DNA from: Rikenellaceae bacterium DTU049
Lineage (GTDB): Bacteria > Bacteroidota > Bacteroidia > Bacteroidales > DTU049
Length of the DNA stretch: 64,000 nucleotides
Direction: 5' to 3'
Assembly: GCA_001513285.1 (NCBI GenBank)
Contig: LFTI01000101.1
Coordinates: forward strand, 1,309 to 65,308
Positions 28,127-38,511 of this stretch are shown here, one piece after another; within the stretch, counting starts at the first letter, position 1, and each line of letters starts with the position of its first letter. The translations under genes were made by a program, and so were the position numbers. Under the pieces are notes generated by a model, which saw nothing but the letters and a program-made list of their open reading frames with translations, did no database searches and was not told the DNA's origin.

Positions 28127-29038
28127 ATGAATAAAATATTAAATAATTACAGAATACAAATATTATTTATTGTAATTAGTGCGATTTCAAATAATATTTT
28201 TTCACAAAAAAATTTAATTTATAATGGTAGCTTCGAAGAATATTATAGCTGTCCATGCAATCTAAATGATGTAGATACAATACCCTGTATAGGGTGGTGG
28301 TCTCCTAATGATGCTACACCTGATTATTTTAATAAGTGCTGGATAGAACTTCGTCACTCTAATTATTGTTCGCACGATTACATGTATTTAGCAAGTTATA
28401 TGCCCAAAACGGGAAATGGTTATATGGGGTTAAGATTGATTGGAGAGGAAAATTTCTGGATGGAGCACATACAAAGTAAACTCATAGAGCCACTAGAAGC
28501 AGGTAAACAATATAAAGTGAGTTTTTGGGTGAAATTAGCTTATAAATATGGTGATTACGCTGCATATAATATTGGTCTTTATTTCTCAAAAGATTCAGAT
28601 ATTGTAGGTAAAAAATATAATGTTTCTAGCTATGTGAGGTACATGACACCAGAGTTACGAGCACATATTAAAAATCCAGATGGCAATTTCATAACAGATA
28701 CAAATTGGGTAGAGATAAGTGGTATCTATACTGCACAAGGTGGTGAGCAATACGTTACAATAGGAATGTTTTGGGATGATACACCTGCCGTAGTTGAAGC
28801 TTATGAAAAATACAAAAATAAAAATACTTGACATAATAAAAAGCTTTTGAGCAAAGCAATAAAAAATAATTTATTAATAGAAAATTCCTATATTAAAGAT
28901 TATAAAATATTTGAAGAAGAATTAGGATATGAATACTATCGTTCTTATAGTCCTTATTATTATCGCTATTGGGATAGAGAAAAAAAGAACCTATATTATC
29001 TCATAGACGATGTGAGTGTAATAGAGCTAAATGAGTAA
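28127..29038 (+). pseudogene. secreted protein gene interrupted by one in-frame TGA (28829..28831)
   Basis: ORFs 28127..28831 and 28847..29038 are in the same frame. The first carries the family's N-terminal motif ('NLIYNGSFEEYYSCP...TPDYFNKC') and the second carries its usual C-terminal end ('YYLIDDVSVIEL'). Confidence 0.6.
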
Positions 29039-29179
29039 AAATATTCATTATTGTACTTAACAAAAATATTTTTTATGCACACAACTAAGTAGGTAAAAAA
29101 TATCCCAAATTCATATATTTCTCTATAAAATTCCCCAAATTATTAATTTTTTATTAAGAATCTATCATTTACAATTAAA

Positions 29180-30508
29180 TTATCTAAATAATCTAATGAC
29201 ATCATTGAGATTAGCATAGACTACAAGAGCTAAAAGTAATATTAGCCCTACATATTGAGCAGCTATTAAAAATTTCTCAGATGGTTTGCGACGGGTAATC
29301 ATTTCTACTAATACAAATAAAATATGTCCTCCATCTAAGCCTGGAATAGGAATAATATTCAATACAGCCAACATTATAGACAAAAATGCAGTTAAATTCC
29401 AGAACACTAACCAATCCCATTGACCTGGAAAGATTTTACCCATTGTTATAAAACCACCCAATCCTTCATATCCTTTTACATCTTTTGAGAATATTAATTT
29501 TAATTGTTTCACATATGAAGTCAATACTTCCCAAGTTCTACTAAATCCCTTAGGTATTGATTGCCAAAATGTATATTTAAAAGATTGTATTTCAAAAAAT
29601 TTAGATAAATCTGATACAGGTATTACACCGATAACACCAGTAGAAGGCACATTTACATTTAGGGCTACAGTATCATTATTTCTCAAAACCCAAAGAGTAA
29701 CTTCTTGATTTTTATATTTTTGTAATAATGCCTTAATATCTGAAAAATAAGGTACAAAGGAATCTCGAATACCTATAATATGATCTCCTTTTTGTAAACC
29801 AGCCTCCGCCGCAGCACTATTAGTGGCAACAGAATCAATAATAAAAGGGAAACGAGGTAAAAAATATTGTATAGGTTCATCTTGTTTTATCAGTTTATTC
29901 AAAAAATCAGGAGGTATAGCTATAGATACTGTACTATCGCCACGTTGTACTACAATAGTATTTCCTTTCTCTAAAAGTAATGTAGGTATAATTTCTGTAA
30001 AGGAATTAACTGGATGCTCATCGATAGCAATGACTAAATCGCCGTTTTTCATTCCTAATGCTTGAAAAGTGCTATCAACAGCTAATCCATATTTTAATGA
30101 TGAATTAGGTAAATATTGCTCACCTACATTCCATAAAATGAAAATATTGATAATTATGGCCAAAATGACATTCATAAGGACACCACCGAATAATATCAGG
30201 AAACGTTGCCAGGCTTTTTTACTTCTAAATTCCCACGGTTGAGGTTCTTTCTTTAAGTGTTCAGTGTCCATGCTTTCATCTACCATACCAGCTATCTTAG
30301 TATAACCTCCTAATGGTATCCATCCGATGCCGTATTCAGTTCCTTTATAATTAAATTTTAATAAGCTAAATTTATAATCAAAAAAGATATAAAACTTTTC
30401 TACTTTTACTTTAAAAATTTTTGCAAATAAAAAATGTCCAAATTCATGTACTAAGACTAAGATGCTTAGTGAAAAAAGTAATTGAAGGATTTTAATCAAA
30501 ACTACCAT
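29180..30508 (-). CDS. rseP: RIP metalloprotease RseP (site-2 protease)
   Basis: 442 aa. 'HEFGHF' zinc motif, PDZ region and C-terminal 'PIPGLDGGH'. dxr is immediately upstream. Confidence 0.92.
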   Translation of the reverse strand: MVVLIKILQLLFSLSILVLVHEFGHFLFAKIFKVKVEKFYIFFDYKFSLLKFNYKGTEYGIGWIPLGGYTKIAGMVDESMDTEHLKKEPQPWEFRSKKAWQRFLILFGGVLMNVILAIIINIFILWNVGEQYLPNSSLKYGLAVDSTFQALGMKNGDLVIAIDEHPVNSFTEIIPTLLLEKGNTIVVQRGDSTVSIAIPPDFLNKLIKQDEPIQYFLPRFPFIIDSVATNSAAAEAGLQKGDHIIGIRDSFVPYFSDIKALLQKYKNQEVTLWVLRNNDTVALNVNVPSTGVIGVIPVSDLSKFFEIQSFKYTFWQSIPKGFSRTWEVLTSYVKQLKLIFSKDVKGYEGLGGFITMGKIFPGQWDWLVFWNLTAFLSIMLAVLNIIPIPGLDGGHILFVLVEMITRRKPSEKFLIAAQYVGLILLLALVVYANLNDVIRLFR

Positions 30509-30512
30509 AAGT

Positions 30513-31685
30513 TTAAATTATTTGTTTAATGATTTCTTTTGTTTTTCGTCTAACTTCTGCATCAATATTTATCAATTGTTCTAAATCTGATATAGGAGCA
30601 TGATTAACTGTTTCTAATGTTTTCACTATTACTTGATACATCATATTAAATTTAATTTCATTATTTAAAAAAGCCCTCACAGCGACTTCATTAGCAGCAT
30701 TAAGAGCACATGGCATTATGCCACCTACTTTCAGAGTATCATAAGCTAATTGTAAATGTGGGAAAAGCGTCAGATTTGGTTTTTCGAAAGTAAGAGAATG
30801 TAGCTCAATAAAATCTGGAGTAGCAATATTAGTAGGCAATCTGTAAGGATAAGTAAGAGAATACAAAATAGGTATTCTCATATCTGGGATTGCCAACTGT
30901 GCTTTTATAGAGCCATCTACAAAGGCAATCATAGAATGTATTATAGACTCTGGATGTATCACAACATCAATATTGTTGGGATTAATGCCAAAGAGCCAAT
31001 GAGCTTCTATCACTTCGAAACCTTTATTCATCATAGTAGCAGAATCGATAGTAATTTTATCTCCCATTTGCCAACTTGGATGAGAGAGAGCCTCATCAAT
31101 AGTTATAGAATCGAAATCTTCTGCATTACGATTTTTAAAAGGTCCACCAGAGGCTGTTAAAATAAGTTTACTCACAGTATTTAAATTTTCACCTTGCAAA
31201 CATTGAAATATTGCAGAGTGCTCACTATCTATAGGCACTAAAGAAGCATTATTAGTTTTAATAGCTTTAAATACCAGTTCTCCAGCAACGACTAAGGCTT
31301 CTTTAGTAGCTAATGCCATTCTTTTACCTGCTTTAGCTGCTCTCAATGTTGGTTGCAAACCAGCAAATCCAACCAAAGCTATTACTAGCTCGTCAATGTT
31401 TTCACTTTCAGCTATATGATTGATAGATTCTGCTCCAGCAAATACTTTAATATCAGTATCTTTTAACGATTCTTTTAGAGTTAAATATAAAGATTCGTTA
31501 TTGATAACTACAGTATTAGGATGATATTCTAATGCTTGTTTGATGAGTAGATCTACATTATCATTGGCAGTTAGTGCTTCTACACTGAATACATCAGGAA
31601 ACATTCTAACAAGGTCTAGAGTTTGTCTACCAATAGAGCCAGTAGAGCCTAATATCGCTAAACGTATCTTTTCACTCATTGCCAA
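30513..31685 (-). CDS. dxr: 1-deoxy-D-xylulose-5-phosphate reductoisomerase
   Basis: 390 aa. 'ILGSTGSIG', 'PIDSEHSAIFQCL' and 'HPSWQMG.KITIDSATMMNKG'. Confidence 0.95.
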   Translation of the reverse strand: MAMSEKIRLAILGSTGSIGRQTLDLVRMFPDVFSVEALTANDNVDLLIKQALEYHPNTVVINNESLYLTLKESLKDTDIKVFAGAESINHIAESENIDELVIALVGFAGLQPTLRAAKAGKRMALATKEALVVAGELVFKAIKTNNASLVPIDSEHSAIFQCLQGENLNTVSKLILTASGGPFKNRNAEDFDSITIDEALSHPSWQMGDKITIDSATMMNKGFEVIEAHWLFGINPNNIDVVIHPESIIHSMIAFVDGSIKAQLAIPDMRIPILYSLTYPYRLPTNIATPDFIELHSLTFEKPNLTLFPHLQLAYDTLKVGGIMPCALNAANEVAVRAFLNNEIKFNMMYQVIVKTLETVNHAPISDLEQLINIDAEVRRKTKEIIKQII

Positions 31686-32437
31686 AAGTTTTCTGGATTT
31701 ACAGCATCACCATTTAAAAATACCGATATTTCTAGAAATGAACTTGTAGGCTTTGCTACACCTATGATTTCATTAGTTTTCACATTAGTACCTATACCTA
31801 CATTGACTTTGTCTAAATTTTTATATATTGAAATCATATTATTTTTATGTTGTATGATTACTTGCTTGGCATTAAGACTAGAAATGTAACTAGTATCTAT
31901 CACAATTCCGTCATTCATAGCTTTAATGTTTTCAGAGGCTTTTGTAAGTAATCTGATAGATTTAGGAGATGGATTTTCATTAAATTTTTTTGTTATTTGA
32001 ATATTACTCAGAGGTAAAGATAATTTAATTTTATTTAAATTCAAATTTTCGGGATTATAATAAAATGCTCTTAAAGTTTTATTGTAATTAGTATCTAATG
32101 TAATCAATAGAGTATGTAAATTTGTATAATAAACCTCTCTTTGTTCTAAAATATCAACAAGGCTATCAGTTTTTTTGGCTAAATTATATGCCATTTCTTT
32201 TTCTTTGATATCACCATAGCCAGGTATATATTGCCTGAGAGGTGTATATGCTATTAAAAAAATAGTTAAAACAATCAATATTAGTATAAATAAGGCTAGA
32301 AATAATAAAAACCTCAGTCTAGTCAAATAAATAGAAAATATGACCTCTAAATTATCTATTCTACGTAAAATCAATAAATATGGATGTCTAAAATTTCTAA
32401 ATAATTGCTTTGGAGTAAATTTAAAATATTTTTTCAC
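31676..32437 (-). CDS. membrane-anchored M23/LytM-domain protein (catalytic motifs not evident)
   Basis: 253 aa with an N-terminal TM segment. The C-terminal 'GIVIDTSY...VIIQHKNNMISIYKNL.KV.V..G..V...EIIG' has LytM-fold topology. Confidence 0.55.
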   Translation of the reverse strand: MKKYFKFTPKQLFRNFRHPYLLILRRIDNLEVIFSIYLTRLRFLLFLALFILILIVLTIFLIAYTPLRQYIPGYGDIKEKEMAYNLAKKTDSLVDILEQREVYYTNLHTLLITLDTNYNKTLRAFYYNPENLNLNKIKLSLPLSNIQITKKFNENPSPKSIRLLTKASENIKAMNDGIVIDTSYISSLNAKQVIIQHKNNMISIYKNLDKVNVGIGTNVKTNEIIGVAKPTSSFLEISVFLNGDAVNPENFWQ

Positions 32438-32526
32438 TATTAGAGCTTACTTTTTTAATTTGCAAATTTCGTAAAAATAAATTAAACCATAATATAAAAT
32501 CTATTTGCTTATTAATAATTTTTTTA

Positions 32527-32534
32527 TAATTTTG
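32527..32534 (+). promoter_or_regulatory. Bacteroidota-type -7 promoter box (TAnnTTTG) for the tRNA
   Basis: 'taattttg' ends 11 nt before tRNA position 1. Confidence 0.5.
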
Positions 32535-32545
32535 CAAAATAAAAA

Positions 32546-32619
32546 GGCTCCGTAGCTCAATTGAATAGAGCATCTGACTACGGATCAGAAGGTTGTGGGT
32601 TTGAGTCCCTCCGGAGTCA
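32546..32619 (+). tRNA. tRNA-Arg (anticodon ACG)
   Basis: Manual cloverleaf. Acceptor ggctccg/cggagtc (one G:U), D stem gctc/gagc, anticodon stem tctga/tcaga with loop c-t-ACG-g-a, 5-nt variable loop, T stem gtggg/ccctc (one U:U) and discriminator A. No encoded CCA. Confidence 0.85.
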
Positions 32620-32625
32620 TTAAAA

Positions 32626-32668
32626 AAACGGTGATTAATTTATTAAGTGTTAAAATTAATCACCGTTT
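32626..32668. terminator. bidirectional terminator hairpin
   Basis: Perfect 15-bp inverted repeat 'aaacggtgattaatt'/'aattaatcaccgttt' with A-run and T-run flanks. It lies between the tRNA (+) and the convergent YitT-family gene (-). Confidence 0.75.
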
Positions 32669-32692
32669 AGTATATTATAAAGAATATAATAT

Positions 32693-33589
32693 CTAATTTG
32701 TGATCACAGCATCATCTATATTTTTAAATCCTTGGCCTATAACCTCACTAGCATTTACTACAGTCATGAAAGCTTGTGGATCTATTTGTCTAATATAACT
32801 TTTCAGCATTTCTACTTCTCTACGATTAACAACGGTCATTATCATTTGTTTATCATTACCAGAGTATAAACCTTTTATAGGAATTAAATTGCCACTCCTG
32901 TCTAAATCTAAAAGAATTTTATTTTTTATTTCTTCAGTTTTATCAGATATAATTAAACAAGCTTTTTCGTAACTTACACCTTCAATTAGCATATCTACAA
33001 CTCTACCTGTGAGATAAATTATTATCCAAGAATAGAAAGGAATACGCCAATCCTCAAAAGCTATAAAACCTGCTAAAACAATTATAGAATCAACAATGAT
33101 TAACAATTGTCCCACTGGAATACGAGTATATTTATTTAATATCATAGCAATGATATCTGTACCACCTGATGTTGCTTTAGATTTGAATATTAAACCTAAT
33201 CCAATACCTAATATTATTCCTCCAAAAATAGCAGATACTAGTGGATCATCTTTTAATAATGGTTCATAACCCCAAGTAAACTCTAATAGTGAAATCCATC
33301 CAGACAATGATAATGAACCAACTATGGTTTTTATGCCAAATTTAGCACCTAATATTTTCATTCCTATTAATATCAATGGTATGTCTATGCTTAACCCTGT
33401 AATACCTATAGGAAAATTAAATAAATGGTGTAAAATAATAGATATACCATAAACTCCTCCTGGAGCAAATTTATATGGAGAAATAAACATTACAAAGCCT
33501 ACTGCCATGATAAATGTTCCCAGTAAGATATAACTATATGCTTTAAACCATTCTTTTGAAAATAACTTCTCTTTAGTAACGTATGCCAT
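32693..33589 (-). CDS. YitT family membrane protein (DUF2179 C-terminal domain)
   Basis: 298 aa. Polytopic N-terminal part ('GGVYGISIIL', 'SGGTDIIAMIL') plus a soluble C-terminal domain. Confidence 0.8.
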   Translation of the reverse strand: MAYVTKEKLFSKEWFKAYSYILLGTFIMAVGFVMFISPYKFAPGGVYGISIILHHLFNFPIGITGLSIDIPLILIGMKILGAKFGIKTIVGSLSLSGWISLLEFTWGYEPLLKDDPLVSAIFGGIILGIGLGLIFKSKATSGGTDIIAMILNKYTRIPVGQLLIIVDSIIVLAGFIAFEDWRIPFYSWIIIYLTGRVVDMLIEGVSYEKACLIISDKTEEIKNKILLDLDRSGNLIPIKGLYSGNDKQMIMTVVNRREVEMLKSYIRQIDPQAFMTVVNASEVIGQGFKNIDDAVITN

Positions 33590-33675
33590 TTTTTAAAATT
33601 TTTTGCAAAATTAATCATTTAGAAGGAGATATAAGAAACTAATAAGAAAATCATTCTTAAAATACTAATATTTTT

Positions 33676-33683
33676 TATATTTG
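33676..33683 (+). promoter_or_regulatory. Bacteroidota-type -7 promoter box (TAnnTTTG)
   Basis: 'tatatttg' lies about 40 nt upstream of the ATG at 33724. Confidence 0.4.
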
Positions 33684-33723
33684 CAAATCAATATTCTGCT
33701 CATAAACTACAAAATTGTGAAAA

Positions 33724-36600
33724 ATGAAAAAATGTTTTTATTTTCTTATAATATTTATTATTACAAATAATTTTTTAATAGCACAGATAGACTGGAATAA
33801 CAGAGAAGCAAATTTATATGCTAAACATTATTTATCCAAGCTCAGCTGGGATGAAAAGATAGCACAGTTGATATTTCAAGGAATCAGAATAAATTCAAAT
33901 GATACAAAAACATTTAAAAGATTTAAAGATCAATTAGATACATTATGCCCAGGTGGAATAATTTTACTAAAAATGAATTCACAAGATTATGAAAAACTAA
34001 GAAATATTACAGATAAATGTGATAAACCACCTATAATATTCTCAATGGATGGAGAATGGGGATTAGGTATGAGATTTACAAATTTCAAATCGTTACCAAG
34101 ATTTATGACAATAAGTGCTACAGGTAATGATAGTTTATTTTATCATTATGGGAATATCATTGGTAAACATTTCTCATTAGCTTCGATACCTATTAATTTC
34201 ACTCCTATTTTAGATATAAATGATGAGCCACTTAATCCAGTTATTGGCACTAGAGCAATATCAGATGAGCCATTAGAAGTAATGACAAGAGCTGAATTAT
34301 TTATTGATGGACTAAATGAATATAAAGTGTTACCTGTCATTAAACATTTCCCTGGTCATGGTAATACTACTACTGATTCACATTATAATTTGCCATTCCT
34401 AAATATGCCTATAGATGTTTTCGAATCTAAACATCTTTTACCTTTCACATATTTCATTAATAAAGATGTTCCTTTTTTAATGGTCGGACACCTTAGCTAT
34501 CCAGCATATACTCATGATAGCCTGCCAGCCACTGTCAATCCTATAATTACTAAAAATTTATTGCGAGATACATTACATTTTAATGGATTAGTATTTTCTG
34601 ATGCTCTAAATATGAAAGCTTTAGCTCAGCTGCCATATGACTCTATGATAATAAAAGCACTACAATCAGGTATTGATATTCTCCTTTTACCAGATAATCC
34701 ATACAGAGTGGTTTCTATTATTAAAAAAGCTGTTAAAGAAAAAAAAATTGATTCATTAGAAATAGAAAATAAAGTTAAAAAAATTTTAATAGCAAAATAC
34801 TTTATTATTAACGAATTTCCACTAAATAATTATAAACATTATCTAACTGATAAATATGTAAATTTATACAATAATGAAATAGACAGTTTATCTCAAATTA
34901 TATACTCAAAAGCTATAACTTTATTAAAAAATGATAATGCCCTTCCTCTCAAATATGATTATGGCAAAGTAGCTATGCTAAATATTGTAAATAATAAACC
35001 ACCTTATGTAGACTCAATATGGTCTAGATATTTCTATTTCGATAATTATTCGCTCAGAGATACTACATTATTAAAAAATAACTTAAATAATTATGATTTA
35101 TTCATAGTAAATTTATTCGTCGGCTCTATGAATAGCAACAATGGTAGAGATAGCCTAACAATTGACTGGTTAGAAAAATTATCTAATAGACATAAAATAA
35201 TCTTAAATATCATAGGACAACCCTTTATCTTAGCTAAATTTAAAAATCCTGACAATTTCACTGCCATCACAACTACCTACGACATTGATTCAATAGCAAT
35301 CTCAATGTTAGCAGAAAAATTAGTTGGTAATAGCCCTTTCGAGGGTAAACTACCAATAGCAATAAATGAAAATTTCTATAAAGGGCTAGGACTACATACA
35401 AATATTTTATCTAATATTATCAAATTTAATAATCCTCCATTAGGTAATATTACTGCTGTAGATGATATAATGCAGCAAGCTTTACTAGATAGTACCTTCC
35501 CTGGTGCAGTAGTATTGGCTATCAAAGACAAACAAATTATTTATTACAAAACATTTGGCAAAGAAACATACGATACCCAAGCAACAAAAATAAATAGATA
35601 TACAATTTTTGATTTGGCTTCACTCACAAAACCATTAGCTACTACCCTTGCAATTATGAAATTATATGAAGAAGGTAAAATAGATTTGCAAGCTCCGATT
35701 TATAAATATATTCCAGAATTACATAATACAAAAATTGGGAAAATTAAAATAGATCGTATTATGACACATTCTGCTGGCCTTCCACCATTTATCAATTTTT
35801 TTGAAATTTATAATCCTACAAAATATCCAGAATTATACTCTAAAATTCCTAATACGAATTATTATCAAGTAGCAGATAATATATTTGTTAATAAAGCCAT
35901 AAAAGATAGCATTATTAATTACCTAAAGACAAACATTACTCCTAATCCCAATATAGGAGTTGTATATTCCGATATTGGTTTTATATTACTGAAATTTGCT
36001 ATCGAGAATATTACTAAAATGGGATTAGATGAATATATAAATGAAAATTTTTATAAACCATTAAATATTAAAAGATTATGCTATGTACCATTAAATAAAT
36101 ATGATAAAAAAGAAATAGCACCTACAGAATATGACAGCATATATAGAAAACAACTTATATGGGGACATGTGCATGATGGTAATGCAGCATTATTAGGAGG
36201 TATTTCTGGTCATGCTGGCCTCTTTGGTAATGCAGAATCAATAGCAATAATACTACAAATGCTATTAGATAATGGTGAATATGGAGGCGTAAAATTATTG
36301 AAACCAGAAACAATACAAAAATTCACATCTGTATATTTTGATAAAAATAGAAGAGGATTAGGTTTTGATAAACCTGCATTAAATAATAAAGAAAGTCCTG
36401 CATGTGAATTAGCTTCACCATATAGCTATGGACATTATGGATTTACTGGTACAATGTTTTGGGTGGACCCACAATATGATTTAATATACGTATTTTTATC
36501 AAACAGAGTATATCCAACTGCTAAAAATACAAAAATCTCTAAAAATTCTATTAGAACAAAAGTACAACAAGCCATTTACCAAGTAATAATAAATAATTAG
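33724..36600 (+). CDS. fusion protein: GH3 beta-N-acetylhexosaminidase-like N-terminal domain plus serine hydrolase/beta-lactamase-family C-terminal domain
   Basis: 958 aa with a signal peptide. GH3 signature 'KHFPGHGNTTTDSH'. C-terminal half has SxxK 'ASLTKPLAT' and 'HSAGL'. Confidence 0.85.
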   Translation: MKKCFYFLIIFIITNNFLIAQIDWNNREANLYAKHYLSKLSWDEKIAQLIFQGIRINSNDTKTFKRFKDQLDTLCPGGIILLKMNSQDYEKLRNITDKCDKPPIIFSMDGEWGLGMRFTNFKSLPRFMTISATGNDSLFYHYGNIIGKHFSLASIPINFTPILDINDEPLNPVIGTRAISDEPLEVMTRAELFIDGLNEYKVLPVIKHFPGHGNTTTDSHYNLPFLNMPIDVFESKHLLPFTYFINKDVPFLMVGHLSYPAYTHDSLPATVNPIITKNLLRDTLHFNGLVFSDALNMKALAQLPYDSMIIKALQSGIDILLLPDNPYRVVSIIKKAVKEKKIDSLEIENKVKKILIAKYFIINEFPLNNYKHYLTDKYVNLYNNEIDSLSQIIYSKAITLLKNDNALPLKYDYGKVAMLNIVNNKPPYVDSIWSRYFYFDNYSLRDTTLLKNNLNNYDLFIVNLFVGSMNSNNGRDSLTIDWLEKLSNRHKIILNIIGQPFILAKFKNPDNFTAITTTYDIDSIAISMLAEKLVGNSPFEGKLPIAINENFYKGLGLHTNILSNIIKFNNPPLGNITAVDDIMQQALLDSTFPGAVVLAIKDKQIIYYKTFGKETYDTQATKINRYTIFDLASLTKPLATTLAIMKLYEEGKIDLQAPIYKYIPELHNTKIGKIKIDRIMTHSAGLPPFINFFEIYNPTKYPELYSKIPNTNYYQVADNIFVNKAIKDSIINYLKTNITPNPNIGVVYSDIGFILLKFAIENITKMGLDEYINENFYKPLNIKRLCYVPLNKYDKKEIAPTEYDSIYRKQLIWGHVHDGNAALLGGISGHAGLFGNAESIAIILQMLLDNGEYGGVKLLKPETIQKFTSVYFDKNRRGLGFDKPALNNKESPACELASPYSYGHYGFTGTMFWVDPQYDLIYVFLSNRVYPTAKNTKISKNSIRTKVQQAIYQVIINN

Positions 36601-36670
36601 GGCGAAAGATTTAAGCGGAGGGGAAAAGGTAGTTAACATTTTTATGTTATACTTTAAATATTGTAAATAG
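36601..36670 (+). repeat. G/A-rich module (inverted C/T-rich family) followed by a 'ttaacatttttatgttatac' segment
   Basis: The reverse complement of 'gggcgaaagatttaagcggaggggaaaaggtagttaac' resembles 24368-24390 'taaccttttcctc...'. It starts at the base after the stop of 33724..36600. Confidence 0.5.
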
Positions 36671-37059
36671 TCTCAAACTCAGGATATTTATATGATAATT
36701 ACGAGAAAAATATTTGCTCAGCATTATTTTTATGCTTCGATAATAATTAATTAAAATGTTTTTTAAATATTCGTAACTTAGTCTATTTTGTCTTTTTTTA
36801 AAAATCAATTTGTATTTTATTATTGTTTGGCTAAATATTAAAATTATTTATCTACAATATATATTTTTTGGCTAATTGTCAATAACTTAATTTGGTTTTT
36901 CTTAAAAAGTTTTGTATTTTTGAATATAGAAATTAAAAAAACTGAGGAATACGTGAGGAAATTATGAAAACAGAGGAAATATGAAAACACAAGAGAAAAT
37001 TAGCGTAGATTTTGAGATTAAAAATATGAAAAAATATTAACAAACAAAAATAAAATATT

Positions 37060-37764
37060 ATGAAAGAACCAATTGAATTAATTGATAATTTAAAGCATTA
37101 TCCATTAGGTGAAGCAAAATTAGAAAAAATTGACGATAAATTAATTGTTTCTAATCTCACTGATAGTGGAATTGATGGAATCGCAATTAATACAGAAGGT
37201 ATTAATGTATGGGAGTTAACATTTAATGCATTTGAAATAGGTAAAAATAATACCTTTAGCCTATCACATTTTGCTACTGACAAAAATAATAGGTTAAAGA
37301 TAATTGCGCAACAATCAATTTATTATGATGAAAACACAAATAAAATTAATTTTGCATTTAATAGTAATTTATTATCAGATAAAGTATTATTAGTTGGCAA
37401 AAACAAAGGTGAAATTATATTTATTGGAGAATATTTAACTCCGAGAAATGACTTTGTTTGTGTTCCCTGGTGGCCAATTATAGCTGCTGCCGTATATATT
37501 ATAGAAAGGGTTGACTATGAATACATATCAACCACTGATAGTGAAGGAAATACTACAGTCACACGAAAAATTTCGTGGAATCCAAAAGAATCAACTACTT
37601 TTCAAACAGGCAAAGATATCGAATTTGAAGCTGATGAACTTTTACTTTATTCAAAACTATACTATCCAAAAGGTAGTGAAGACAACATTGATAAAATCAA
37701 AGAAATTCAAATAACAGCACGTAATTATAAAAAAATAGAAATTTTAAATGAAAAAGGTTGTTAA
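37060..37764 (+). CDS. hypothetical protein (one central hydrophobic segment)
   Basis: 234 aa, no signal peptide. Hydrophobic 'VCVPWWPIIAAAVYII'. I recognise no family. Confidence 0.5.
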   Translation: MKEPIELIDNLKHYPLGEAKLEKIDDKLIVSNLTDSGIDGIAINTEGINVWELTFNAFEIGKNNTFSLSHFATDKNNRLKIIAQQSIYYDENTNKINFAFNSNLLSDKVLLVGKNKGEIIFIGEYLTPRNDFVCVPWWPIIAAAVYIIERVDYEYISTTDSEGNTTVTRKISWNPKESTTFQTGKDIEFEADELLLYSKLYYPKGSEDNIDKIKEIQITARNYKKIEILNEKGC

Positions 37765-38422
37765 TTATCTTCAATTTTTTTTTATAGTTTCATTTTTTTT
37801 ATTTTCTGCCTGTAAAAGTCCTTCTGACAATAAAATTCTCAAAGCTGGTAGAGAATGGACTTATTCAGCAGTTGATTATGACAAATTAGGTAATGTCAAT
37901 GACAGTTTAACACTGATTTTAAAAGTAGATAGCAGTGGGAAGAAGAATTTTTTTAATCAAACAACAATTATTTGGGATTATAAAAGAAATGGTAAAGTAA
38001 TAGAATCAGAAATTTCAGCTGCTGATGAGGAAAATAACCAAATAAGTATTCATCCGCCAAGAAAATTATTTTTAAGTTTTACAGAAATATTACCTTTTCC
38101 TGCATCAGGTAATCCAGGATATTTAACCTATGAAAGTAGAGGAGAATTGCATGTAATAAAATATAAAGATTACAAAGATGGTATACTTGAAGGTAAAATA
38201 ATTACTCGATATTTACACGCAGTTGATACAACCATCTATAATTTTGCAAATAAAAATTATAGATGTTGGATTTTAGAAGGTGAGAATACTAATTATATAG
38301 AAGAATTAGGACAGTTTAAATGTAAATATTTATTTAATGAAGAATTAGGTTTTGTTAATTTGACATACTACAAACCAGACAGTTCATTCGTTGTAATTGA
38401 ATTGAAATCTATTAATTTTTAG
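37748..38422 (+). CDS. hypothetical lipoprotein
   Basis: 224 aa. Lipobox 'LFSAC'. The start overlaps the upstream gene by 17 nt. Confidence 0.55.
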   Translation: MKKVVNYLQFFFIVSFFLFSACKSPSDNKILKAGREWTYSAVDYDKLGNVNDSLTLILKVDSSGKKNFFNQTTIIWDYKRNGKVIESEISAADEENNQISIHPPRKLFLSFTEILPFPASGNPGYLTYESRGELHVIKYKDYKDGILEGKIITRYLHAVDTTIYNFANKNYRCWILEGENTNYIEELGQFKCKYLFNEELGFVNLTYYKPDSSFVVIELKSINF

Positions 38423-38511
38423 ATTATTGACAACATATAACATGTGGTATATTTTATTGCCGAGTTAGAGGGAATGTGAAGGATTATAACCCGCACTAAA
38501 GTCAACATATC

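Noticed and set aside
28829-28831. TGA recoding (alternative genetic code or selenocysteine) at the in-frame stop.
   Set aside because: All long housekeeping ORFs are intact under the standard code, and TGA terminates other genes here (topA, 21154..21471). I saw no SECIS-like hairpin immediately downstream.
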